Part shown: positions 11,301-19,594 of the stretch, piece after piece | How positions within the stretch are numbered: position 1 is the first letter of the stretch | How the letters are laid out: every line of letters starts with the position of its first letter | IMG/VR virus record: IMGVR_UViG_3300019776_000296 | Coordinates: 3,762-67,761 of that record | Reading direction: 5' to 3' (one strand) | DNA length: 64,000 nucleotides | Source: a virus | The notes under the pieces: model-generated | What the model saw: the letters and a program-made list of their open reading frames with translations, nothing else | Database searches by the model: none | What the model was told of the DNA's origin: nothing | Position numbers and translations under genes: made by a program

Positions 11301-14300
11301 GTGGTTTCGGTTCGCAAGAGTTTAATGTGTTGTCGCTGTTGCCAAAGCTTGGTATGGATACTCAGCAGACGATCATTAATGCTGGCGATCCGACGAAAGC
11401 TGGTGCGTTCCAACAGGATTTGGGCAAGCTGACTGAATTGACCCGTCAAGAGGTTGAGAAGTCGGATGTGTACCAGCAGAACAAGACCAAGTTTGATAGG
11501 TACGGTCTTGATTCGAACACGCTGGCTAAGGCTTTGTTGAGTGATCCTGCTTCGTTGGCGAAGGTTGAGAACGCCAAGGGTGCTATGGAAACTGTTGGTA
11601 ATCGCAGTGTTCCGGTTGTGATTCCCGATCTTGGCAAGTTGGCTACGTCGCTGCCTAACAAAGACCCGTTCCTTACTGGGTTTGCTTTGAACAACATTCA
11701 GATGAGTCAAGCGCAAACTGGCGCAGGCATTTTCGAGAGGAACCGTCAGGTTGGCGGTGCCATGCCTACGTCTGCTGGTGCTGGCTTGTTCGCCCCGTTT
11801 AATCCGAATCCTCAAGGCTTCTTTATTGATCCGGCTACTCTTGAGGGCCGCGCTCAGATCAATGTGAAGCCTGACCAGGCAACGCTTGATGCGTGGTCTG
11901 AGAAGGGTATTCGGTTCCAGAACAACATCACTGCCCCGTATCAGGTCATCATTGATCCGCAGTACACGGATCAGTATTTGCAGAGGCTTCCCGGTTATGC
12001 TTCCGGCGGTTTGGTGCGTGGGCCTGGTGGGCCTACTGATGACAAAGTGCTGGCACGGGTTTCGCCTGGTGAGCATGTGGCTAACGCTTCTGCGGTGAAC
12101 TACTACGGTTCTGATGTTTTCAATGCTTTGAACGAGAAGAAGCTGCCTCGTTTCGCTCCTGGCGGTTGGCCGTTCCCGCTTAATCCTGCGAATCCTGCTG
12201 GGCCGCAGCCTGTTACGCCTCAGCCTTCTGCGGCTCCTGTTCTTCCGTTTGTTACGCAGCTTGTTCCGAATCAGTGGTCACATCCTCGCAATGTTCAGGG
12301 CGCAACTGTGCCTAACCCTGACGGCGGGATGATGACTGACTACAACAACAACACGACATTGGCTGCTCCGGTGAAGCCGTCGCTCATTGCTCTGCATACG
12401 TCTGAGAGCAGTTTGGGTGCAGGCGATCTGGCTAGGTCGATGCGTGATGAGGGCAAGTCTTATCACTACATTGTTGATAAAGACGGCAAGACTGTTATCT
12501 CTTCTGTGCCAACGTCTTTGGCTTCCAGGTCTGTGTTTGATCCTGGTAACAACAAGACGATCAACATTGGTATGGCTGGGACGTTCACTGATGCTGCCGG
12601 GAACCAGCGTGCTTTCACTCGTGAGGACTGGTTGTCGCGTAGTGACCAGTTACGTTCGACTGCTGCTCTTGTTGCGCGAGAAGCGAAAGCAAACGGCATT
12701 CCGGCCAAGGTGTGGACTGGTGGTGCTGAGGGTGCTGCTGGAATCGTTGGGCACAACTGGATTTCGGACAATATTGGTGTAACTGATCACCGCGATCCTG
12801 GCCCGAATTTCCCGTGGGCTGAGTTCCAGGCAATGGTTGACCAGGAAGCGGCGAAGCAGAACGCGGCCAATCTTGTTCCTGGTCTTCAGCAGAGTCCTGT
12901 GGCGCAGAATCCTATGCAGCCGCAAGCTATTACAACTGGGCCGAATGGTGTTGTAGCGGCTCCAGGTACACCGGCCACGCAGTTGCAGCAGGGTTACACG
13001 ACACCTCATGCCGCGTATTCGCTTGCTGCACTGATGAATGGCCGCACCAAGTACAAGATGGGCGGGTTCAGTCCTGCCGAAATTGATTGCAGCGGAATGG
13101 TTTCCGCAGTTGTCAACTCATATCTTGGTCAGAATCCGTTTGGTGAGCGGATGAACACGGTCATCGAAGGTGACTGGCTTGCCAAGCGCGGCTTCGTAAG
13201 TGGCAGAGGGCCGGAGGGTTCGCTGCGTGTTGGTTGGTATGACCAGGGTGGTGGCGAGAACGGCCACACTGCTGTCACGCTTCCTGACGGCACTAACGTC
13301 GAGTCTTCTAGCGGTGTTGGTGTTCGGATGGGTGGCGGTGCGATTGGCGCAAATGCTGATCTGTTTGATCACCAGATGTGGCTTCCCGCAAGTGCTTTCA
13401 ACGGTGTTGTTGATCCGTCGATGATGGGCATGGCCGGTGCTTTCATGCCCGGTATGCAGATGCCGCCTGGGTTTGGGCCGCTCCTCACGCCGGGTATGGA
13501 TGGCCTGCTTCCTGGCGGGCTGTCTCCTGATTATCTGACTGGTGATCAGATCACTTCGCAGCGTCCTGAGACTGAGCTTGACAAGATGCTGAAGGGTTGG
13601 CAGAACGATCCGAATCTGCCGCAATTCCTTAAGCCCAAAGAGCTTATGAGTTTCTTCTCCAGTCAGACTGGTCAAGTTGCGTCGAGCTTGCTTGGTATCG
13701 GAACGAACTTCTTGAGCGGTATCACCGGCATTGATTTCAACTCAATTGTTGGGCTGGCTCAGAACATTGGCAATGCTGGCATGCAGGCCGCTCAGGGTTG
13801 GCTTCCTTCTTACATGACTAACCCGCAGTCGGGTGATGGAACTCAAAGTGCTGCTGGCACAACGCAAGGTCTGCTCGACAATCTTATTCCTGGCGGTATC
13901 GGGAACCTGCTTGGACTGGGCGGCTCCGGTGGCTCTGGTGTTGATGTGAGCGGTGCTTCTCCCGGCACTGACGTGGCCGGTGGAATGATCGACGGCTATG
14001 TCAATGGTCAGCTTCCGCTTGACGATCCTGCTGTGCAAAAAGCTATGGCAGACAACGGATTTAATCCTGGTCTTGTTGGCGGTGCTGACTCCGGTTCTGC
14101 CAGCATGTCTGAGGACGCGATTCGCGGTGCCATCGATTCGATGGGTTCTGCTCTAGGTATCAGCAAGAACCCTGAGGCTTGGGTTCAGGCCATGATGGGT
14201 GCTGCCTCTAGCGGCAGTGACTTGTTCACTCCTGAGGGCAACCCGAATTTGGGTACGCCAGTTCAGAAGGCTGGTGCTGCGCTTTCGAAAGCTGTTCGCA

Positions 14301-15316
14301 AGTGGGGCATTAACGCTGCGGGTGGCCCTGACAAGGTCAGCTTCGCCGCTGGAGGCGGCATGCTTGGCAATCTTGCTCTTCTGTCTAACGGTGAGTTCAG
14401 GACTAACGCTGACGCTACTTCGCATTATGGGTCTGCTCTCTTTGATGCGTTGAACTCCAAGGCAATTCCTCGTAATGCGATTCGCGGTTTCGCTGCCGGT
14501 GGTTGGCCGATCCCGATTCCCGATCCGATTTTGAATCCTCCTGCGGCACAAGGTGGTCAGGCTGCTGGGCCGTTGCCCATGACTCCTCCACCCCCGCCTG
14601 AGGCACCGACTGGGCCTGTTGGGCCTGATGGCGGTGCGCCACAACCGGAAATGAATTCTGCTGCGGCAGGGGCTGTTCCGGTTCCCTCGACCGGAGGTGC
14701 GCCGGGGCCGGGGGCGACTGCTCCCGCACCCGACCCCGGTGCCCTCCCCGGTGTGCAGGATGCGCTTTCAAGTATTGGTGGCATGGGTGCTTCGATTGGC
14801 GGCGGCGGCGTTGGTCTTGCCCAGCCGGGTGCTACTGGCACTGAAGGCGGTGATGTTCGCGGAACCCTTGGTGCTGCACCGACTAATCAGGATCACAACA
14901 ATCCTGCGTTGTCCGGTGCAGTGTCTGGTGCGGCTGCGACTATCGGCGGTTTGATTTCGATGGCTGCTTCTGCGGCTTCTGCCGCTGGAGGGATGACTGC
15001 TCCCGGTGCGGGTGCTGGAGGTCAGGTTGCTTCCCAGTTCATTCAGGCCGGTTCCCAAATGGCTGGTACTGCAATCAATTCCGGCTTGAACATCCTGTCT
15101 TCGTTGCTGGTTGGTACTGCGACGAATGGCTCTACTGCGTCTGCGTCTGGCGTTCCTCTTCTGCCGCAACGTCAGCCAATGCAGAGTGGTGTTCCGGCCA
15201 TCTCGCAGGGACGTGTTCATAACGGAGATGTTTACCTCACTAACATGGATGAGTACCGGCGCACTCAGGAGCGTATGGATGCCCAGGCCGCTATGCCGTT
15301 CATTGGAAAGTACTGA
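8312..15316 (+). CDS. Tape measure protein with embedded amidase-like and NlpC/P60-like domains
   Basis: 2334 aa; AGEAAVRIVP N-terminus, Ala/Gly-rich helical body, YASGG/FAAGG motifs, enzyme motifs near 12380-13390. Confidence 0.92.
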   Translation: MASIAGEAAVRIVPSLRGFHSDVKRKLEAKRIDFDVNANAKIAGAEAKIDAFRKQQEARPVTVHVKTDWDGLKRDLAQVEHIFKRNSFSRALRLNVVVLGLDALPALAYGAAGAASSLDALGKAAFALPGLLGGALASVGTLGVGLHGVSDAFKAFGQSQKQAAQQARLIQDDNRQLANSYREYGYAVRDTIRDIQDLNAENRRSSLNVADAILGVQEAADRLRTGGQKTILDLRRDQLSYLQAVDRLAEVNTKAKRVSQDVAEANKKGVQGNEKVVDALDQINKNLEKLNTDKLEKVDEALGKVSPNMRAFIEATRGLKGEWRQLQDSVQDKLFDGLDKTIVDLAHNTMPMLENGMGRVATSYNGLIKSFATEIGSKNSTSLMDKIFGNTSVGVNKLSVGMKPFVDGILRLVKESSDFLPRLGDAGAKVGKRFDDWVTKISQDGRLDKWIDRGLDAFTSLGNIVVNVGSMLSSMSGAFDSATGNQGGFLKGIENFTKKWADLLKTPEKQTALRDYFKKTQEFIHDLKEAYRDVKPLIKDVLETAREWSLVLLKGIGGIASLSNAIEKNTGLVKPLLMLYFGYRTTKPVWEVLSNSFKAYTTLIEKASQNQTLGNLPGVQRTADNLKKWRGEAIQAANDVAAATSKANASTAKGAAKPESSASVFAQMDNEKKRRDAAGIGSSGNMSILDRQYIATTAYQQRQRQRAKDALAQWNLDERSKAAAIKAFEAANPAFSGSLPNPNADVSNARSSKAKLRKDAQRELRRRAAMEKFIGGTPTSSLNAPMQGPALPPQVLDELKNKADDTSKAIKSVGDESSKAAADVKDLGSKADTAATSVNKTGENSKKAKTEVADGGKKAKQAAKDNDALNSSASKAATAADNVGNASKTAAPKVKEIGDKAKAAANEVGDQRIGLGGRLVGLAGILGPQLGLMALIAGVSWGIQKMGEAHREAANAAKAQDDALKNLAGTLDQVTGAFTAQSYDQIAKDLQKVTPGGGFGSQEFNVLSLLPKLGMDTQQTIINAGDPTKAGAFQQDLGKLTELTRQEVEKSDVYQQNKTKFDRYGLDSNTLAKALLSDPASLAKVENAKGAMETVGNRSVPVVIPDLGKLATSLPNKDPFLTGFALNNIQMSQAQTGAGIFERNRQVGGAMPTSAGAGLFAPFNPNPQGFFIDPATLEGRAQINVKPDQATLDAWSEKGIRFQNNITAPYQVIIDPQYTDQYLQRLPGYASGGLVRGPGGPTDDKVLARVSPGEHVANASAVNYYGSDVFNALNEKKLPRFAPGGWPFPLNPANPAGPQPVTPQPSAAPVLPFVTQLVPNQWSHPRNVQGATVPNPDGGMMTDYNNNTTLAAPVKPSLIALHTSESSLGAGDLARSMRDEGKSYHYIVDKDGKTVISSVPTSLASRSVFDPGNNKTINIGMAGTFTDAAGNQRAFTREDWLSRSDQLRSTAALVAREAKANGIPAKVWTGGAEGAAGIVGHNWISDNIGVTDHRDPGPNFPWAEFQAMVDQEAAKQNAANLVPGLQQSPVAQNPMQPQAITTGPNGVVAAPGTPATQLQQGYTTPHAAYSLAALMNGRTKYKMGGFSPAEIDCSGMVSAVVNSYLGQNPFGERMNTVIEGDWLAKRGFVSGRGPEGSLRVGWYDQGGGENGHTAVTLPDGTNVESSSGVGVRMGGGAIGANADLFDHQMWLPASAFNGVVDPSMMGMAGAFMPGMQMPPGFGPLLTPGMDGLLPGGLSPDYLTGDQITSQRPETELDKMLKGWQNDPNLPQFLKPKELMSFFSSQTGQVASSLLGIGTNFLSGITGIDFNSIVGLAQNIGNAGMQAAQGWLPSYMTNPQSGDGTQSAAGTTQGLLDNLIPGGIGNLLGLGGSGGSGVDVSGASPGTDVAGGMIDGYVNGQLPLDDPAVQKAMADNGFNPGLVGGADSGSASMSEDAIRGAIDSMGSALGISKNPEAWVQAMMGAASSGSDLFTPEGNPNLGTPVQKAGAALSKAVRKWGINAAGGPDKVSFAAGGGMLGNLALLSNGEFRTNADATSHYGSALFDALNSKAIPRNAIRGFAAGGWPIPIPDPILNPPAAQGGQAAGPLPMTPPPPPEAPTGPVGPDGGAPQPEMNSAAAGAVPVPSTGGAPGPGATAPAPDPGALPGVQDALSSIGGMGASIGGGGVGLAQPGATGTEGGDVRGTLGAAPTNQDHNNPALSGAVSGAAATIGGLISMAASAASAAGGMTAPGAGAGGQVASQFIQAGSQMAGTAINSGLNILSSLLVGTATNGSTASASGVPLLPQRQPMQSGVPAISQGRVHNGDVYLTNMDEYRRTQERMDAQAAMPFIGKY

Positions 15317-16227
15317 TGGATACTATTGATTCGACCGCGAAGATCGAAGTGTTCGGTGTGCATGGCGAGTACTTCTGCATCTCCGGTGGAGGTTCCGGCA
15401 TCGAAGGTGTGACTCTTCAGCCAAAGCTAAAAGGTGCGATTGATGCGCCGGTCAAGTCTTTGTGGCTGCCTGGTGCATATGGTCAGACGTTTGTTGACTT
15501 CCGTTGGGAGCGAAGGGAAGTCATCTTTACGGTGACAGTGGCCGCTGACGATGGTGATGCTGAGACTTGGCATTCGCTTGATTCCAAGTGGAGGTTCGCT
15601 TGGGACTATGTCAAGGAAACAACGGTCAGGTTCACTACGTCTGATGGTTACCGTGATCTGAAATTGCGGATGATTGAGGAGCCTAAGTCTTACGAGGCTA
15701 TGGACTGGGAGGGGAAAGACCCTCACTTGCATGCCGTTTCGACGGTGGTGATGACGTGCGCTTCTGAGCTTCCATTCTTCGTTGGGCCGTCAGACTTCTA
15801 TGAGTGGGAGAGCATTACTGCTAAGGGCAGAACGCTTTTCAAGTTGAATGTTGACTGTGATGTGCCGGTGTGGCCTAAGTGGACGTTGTCCGATCAGGCT
15901 AGGTGGCGGCTTCCCGACTTCTCTTGGGGGAATGAGGAGTACGGCAGGGGCATCATGGATATCGGTCGAACTGTTGAGTTGCCTTTCTTGCCGAAAGGTG
16001 CTGGGTGCATTGCTGATTCCGATCCTCGCGTTCAGACGTTGTTAGCCGCAAACCGGATCAATCTTCAGGGTTTGTGGAAGGGCCAGGATTTGTTGTACCC
16101 CATTGCGGGAGGAACGTATTCGGAGATTCCTGTCGCGGTCAAGGAAGCTGTCGATGGGTTCGCGTGCCGACTTGAGGTTCCCAAGTGGTACACCCGTCCG
16201 TGGAGCCGTCCCGTTGGTGTTGTGTGA
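15316..16227 (+). CDS. Minor tail protein (distal tail / Dit-like)
   Basis: First gene after the tape measure; DVPVWPKW and PKWYTRPW motifs. Confidence 0.8.
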   Translation: MDTIDSTAKIEVFGVHGEYFCISGGGSGIEGVTLQPKLKGAIDAPVKSLWLPGAYGQTFVDFRWERREVIFTVTVAADDGDAETWHSLDSKWRFAWDYVKETTVRFTTSDGYRDLKLRMIEEPKSYEAMDWEGKDPHLHAVSTVVMTCASELPFFVGPSDFYEWESITAKGRTLFKLNVDCDVPVWPKWTLSDQARWRLPDFSWGNEEYGRGIMDIGRTVELPFLPKGAGCIADSDPRVQTLLAANRINLQGLWKGQDLLYPIAGGTYSEIPVAVKEAVDGFACRLEVPKWYTRPWSRPVGVV

Positions 16228-16243
16228 AAGGTGTTGATTACTA

Positions 16244-16993
16244 ATGGCTTATAGCCCGTCTCCGTATGATGTGACGGCTTCAATTTCGATTGCGGCTAAC
16301 TCAACTTCGTCTGGATCGTGCGTCACCCAGACTGGCGGTTCTGCTACCTATACGTTCCAGTTGACCGGAACATGGACTGGTACTGTTCAGGTTCAGTTGA
16401 CTCGTGATGGCACGAACTGGGTCAACGTGACCGGCTCAACGATGGTGGTGAACGCCGCTACTGGCGCGTACCTCACGAGCGGCAGCATCACGGCTAATGG
16501 CTTGTATATGGTCAACGCTACGGGTTTCGCTGGGGCGCGGATCATTACAACGGCGTACACACTTGGGCCTATCACTGGGTCTGCTGTGCTGGCTATCAGC
16601 GAGGGAGTTGTTGCCGTCCAGGGCAGCATCAACGTGGTTTCCACTTCCACCACACCAGTTTCGCCAAGCACACATACTTCTGTTAGCACGGCATCGACTA
16701 ACGCAGTGTCGATTAAGGCGACTGCCGGAAGCGTGTATTCCATTGTGCTGTCTAATGTTTCGGCTTCGCAAATCTTCTACAAGATTTACAACAAAGCCAG
16801 TGCGCCTACGGTTGGAACTGATGTTCCGATTGCTACCTTCCCCGTTCCTGCCGGTGCAACGATCTCTTATGAGTTTGGCGCAACTGGGTTCCGTTGCAGC
16901 ACAGGGATTGCCGCTGCCGCGACGGCGGCTGCGGCAGCTACGGATACCAATATTTCCGCTGCTGGCATGCAGATTGTTTTGGCCTACCTGTAA
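16244..16993 (+). CDS. Putative virion protein (Ser/Thr-rich, beta-rich)
   Basis: In the tail module; composition typical of a structural protein. Confidence 0.5.
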   Translation: MAYSPSPYDVTASISIAANSTSSGSCVTQTGGSATYTFQLTGTWTGTVQVQLTRDGTNWVNVTGSTMVVNAATGAYLTSGSITANGLYMVNATGFAGARIITTAYTLGPITGSAVLAISEGVVAVQGSINVVSTSTTPVSPSTHTSVSTASTNAVSIKATAGSVYSIVLSNVSASQIFYKIYNKASAPTVGTDVPIATFPVPAGATISYEFGATGFRCSTGIAAAATAAAAATDTNISAAGMQIVLAYL

Positions 16994-17005
16994 AGGAATG
17001 CTGTT

Positions 17006-17359
17006 ATGGCTGTGAAGAATACCTGGATGAACGGTGAAACCGTTCGGGCTGTTGATATGAATGCGCTTGCCACTGAAGCTAATTCGGGTATCAAGCGTAT
17101 CGTCACCACATTCACCAACTCTGGTACTGTCGGGTCGAAGGCTAACACTGACTATGTCGCACTGATTTCTTCAGGGAATGTGACTTTGCCTACGGCTGTT
17201 GGCAATACGAGCAGAATCACTTTGAAGAACATCAGCAGTGTCAACCGCTTTGCGCTTGGCACGGGCGGTCAGACTATCGATGGCTCCGTGACGGTGGCGT
17301 TAACTCCCAACACTTCTATCGATGTTGTTTCGGATGGCAGTAACTGGGTTGTGATCTGA
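17006..17359 (+). CDS. Putative minor tail protein
   Basis: VTLPTAVGN...QTIDG...VVSDGSNWVVI fibre-like motif. Confidence 0.55.
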   Translation: MAVKNTWMNGETVRAVDMNALATEANSGIKRIVTTFTNSGTVGSKANTDYVALISSGNVTLPTAVGNTSRITLKNISSVNRFALGTGGQTIDGSVTVALTPNTSIDVVSDGSNWVVI

Positions 17360-17360
17360 A

Positions 17361-19115
17361 TTGTCCACTCTTCCTGTTGTACTTCCCTTTTCGCTTGAGA
17401 GTCTTCGTAACACTCAGCTTGACGATGTCGCAACCAATGTTGGTGCTTGGCAGGATCAGCTAAATTTCATGCGGCGTGCGAAGCCAATGATTTCGTTCTA
17501 CCGCAACAGAACTGGCGGCGAGGCTGGGCTGGAGTACTACGGCAGAGTTTCTTACCAGGACACTATCCGTGCCAGCTTCCCGTTCAAGAAGAACGTGTCT
17601 GCTCAAGGGATTCTTGAGCTACGGTTCGATCACTACATCAGTGAGTGGATGCGGTCGATCCCTAACGATGACACTGCACGCAAGAACATCGTTGTGCGCG
17701 TTGACTTTTTCGGCGGCAAGCTGCGGTGGACTGGTCTGCTGCACCACCATGCAGTGAAGACCCGTGACGGAATGCGTTACATGGAACTGACTTTCAATGA
17801 TGATCTTCAGTTCTTGCAGTTCCTACTAGGACCGCCCAATCCTGCGTTGCCCCTGGAGATTTTCCAGTGGCCTCGCGTGCTGCCAATTGTGGGGCCAGCT
17901 AAGTGGGCATGCTCAATTATGGTGCTAATCAACCTAATTCGCGTCGAGGGCAATCTCTACGAGCTACCGGACGATCCGTTTGATCTTGACTCGTGGGCCA
18001 ACACTCTCAACTGGAATAACTGGCAGGTTCACATCAAGTGCAAGCCGCTGATGCTGGATGACAGTTCGCTGTGGACAGTCCTTGGAACGAGGATGAACCC
18101 AATCGATAGTGTTATTGGTGATGCTGTCGAGGACGCGCAGTTAACCATAAGGTGGAGAAGGGTTTTCAGCGACGAAGGCGAAACTGAAACTGGCCTTCTG
18201 TTCGGTGTCACACCGGCTAACGGTGCCCTCGTCTATGAGTTTGTTGATGACTCTGGCTACTACAGTCCGTTGACCGGCACGTTCCTTGGCGGCACGATCA
18301 TCGAAGGAATGGTTCGTAGCGTTGTGCAGTATGCGGGTGGCTTGATTGAAGACACCGGCATGATGATCACTGACGATGAGACGTTGTATCCCGACGAGTA
18401 TTACGGCCCAGGGTTTTTGGGCACGCTAGCTGAAGCACCGTGGCTAGTAATACGAGACACATCATGGTCACCAATAGAGACAAGTGAGTTGACATGGTCG
18501 CCAGCTACAGCAGTAAGAGTGGTGGTTGGTGGAGACAATCCGGCGGCAGACGCGATAGCCAGGTTGATCATCGAAACAACCGGAAACATGTTGGGGTACT
18601 TCCTACTTGGAGGTTTCTCCAGCGCAGGCACTATCGCGGCAGATGTCGTGATGCCCTTCCTAGTCGGGACTATCGCCGCGTGGCTTGAGTGGAAGCATTA
18701 CGGGCGTGCTGAGAACCTTGGGTGGGTTCACCTGTGGGAACTGTATCAGCAAGGCGCAGAGAATAACTCGTGGTCTTTGAGTGCTATCGCTGCTTTGCGT
18801 GGTGGTTTCCTTGCGTCGAAATCGCAGACATCACATACCGTTTCGTTGCGTGGGAATACTTGGATCATCCCTGGAGTTCATTTCAACATTGGGAGCCGTA
18901 TCGGTTCGACGTGTCGCGGCTATGACGACATTGTCTTTGTGGCTCAATGCGAGGAGATCATTCCTGCATGGGATCACTCCGGTGATGGTGCTTTGAATTT
19001 CCAGATCAAGATCGGTGAGAACAAGGCCGCTATGTCAACTGGTGAACGTCTTGCCAGGTTGGTAAAGAAGACACGGGACATCTTGCAGAATATTGGTGTT
19101 CGCCTTGTCAGTTAA
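17361..19115 (+). CDS. Minor tail protein (baseplate hub, Gp37-like)
   Basis: 584 aa; PPNPALPLEIFQWPRV...GPAKW, VVVGGDNP, HFNIGSRIG motifs. Confidence 0.8.
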   Translation: MSTLPVVLPFSLESLRNTQLDDVATNVGAWQDQLNFMRRAKPMISFYRNRTGGEAGLEYYGRVSYQDTIRASFPFKKNVSAQGILELRFDHYISEWMRSIPNDDTARKNIVVRVDFFGGKLRWTGLLHHHAVKTRDGMRYMELTFNDDLQFLQFLLGPPNPALPLEIFQWPRVLPIVGPAKWACSIMVLINLIRVEGNLYELPDDPFDLDSWANTLNWNNWQVHIKCKPLMLDDSSLWTVLGTRMNPIDSVIGDAVEDAQLTIRWRRVFSDEGETETGLLFGVTPANGALVYEFVDDSGYYSPLTGTFLGGTIIEGMVRSVVQYAGGLIEDTGMMITDDETLYPDEYYGPGFLGTLAEAPWLVIRDTSWSPIETSELTWSPATAVRVVVGGDNPAADAIARLIIETTGNMLGYFLLGGFSSAGTIAADVVMPFLVGTIAAWLEWKHYGRAENLGWVHLWELYQQGAENNSWSLSAIAALRGGFLASKSQTSHTVSLRGNTWIIPGVHFNIGSRIGSTCRGYDDIVFVAQCEEIIPAWDHSGDGALNFQIKIGENKAAMSTGERLARLVKKTRDILQNIGVRLVS

Positions 19116-19120
19116 AATGG

Positions 19121-19594
19121 TTGTGCGGCAATACATTAGGAGCAGATGTGCGCGGAGTTATCCATCCACCAGACCCTAGTAATCCCAAGGGCATGGCATT
19201 CATCATGGGTGCCGGGTTCGTTGACCCTCGCGCCGGGAAGACGTGGGCTGATCGTGAGCCTATGGCACTTGTTCAATCGTGGGAGCCTACGTCTGAGTTG
19301 TGGTGGGAGCTTGGATTACGTTGGCACCCAGAGCTTGCCACTAAGTGGCTTAAGGGTGGCGGTCAGTTTCAGGTTGCTGAAATAGTTTCGGAGAAGCCTG
19401 AAGAGCGAACGCTTGAGCAGGACGCTGAGGAAGTCATGGATTTCCTTGCTAGCGAAAATCCTGAGTTTGCAAAGACTTTGAAGCGTGTGCGTGATTGCGG
19501 CTCCGACGAGGAGCGTGCTGCTCTGCTCCGCGAGTTTGAGCAGAACATCAAATCGATGACGAAGATGAGTGAATACATTAGGGGCGAAGAGTGA
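19121..19594 (+). CDS. Minor tail protein (DUF2744-like)
   Basis: SELWWELGLRWHPELATKW motif; synteny. Confidence 0.6.
   Translation: MCGNTLGADVRGVIHPPDPSNPKGMAFIMGAGFVDPRAGKTWADREPMALVQSWEPTSELWWELGLRWHPELATKWLKGGGQFQVAEIVSEKPEERTLEQDAEEVMDFLASENPEFAKTLKRVRDCGSDEERAALLREFEQNIKSMTKMSEYIRGEE

Noticed and set aside
3840-14841. Long antisense ORFs over structural genes (3840..4535, 6455..7465, 11099..12076 and others)
   Set aside because: They are shadow frames of well-supported plus-strand genes.
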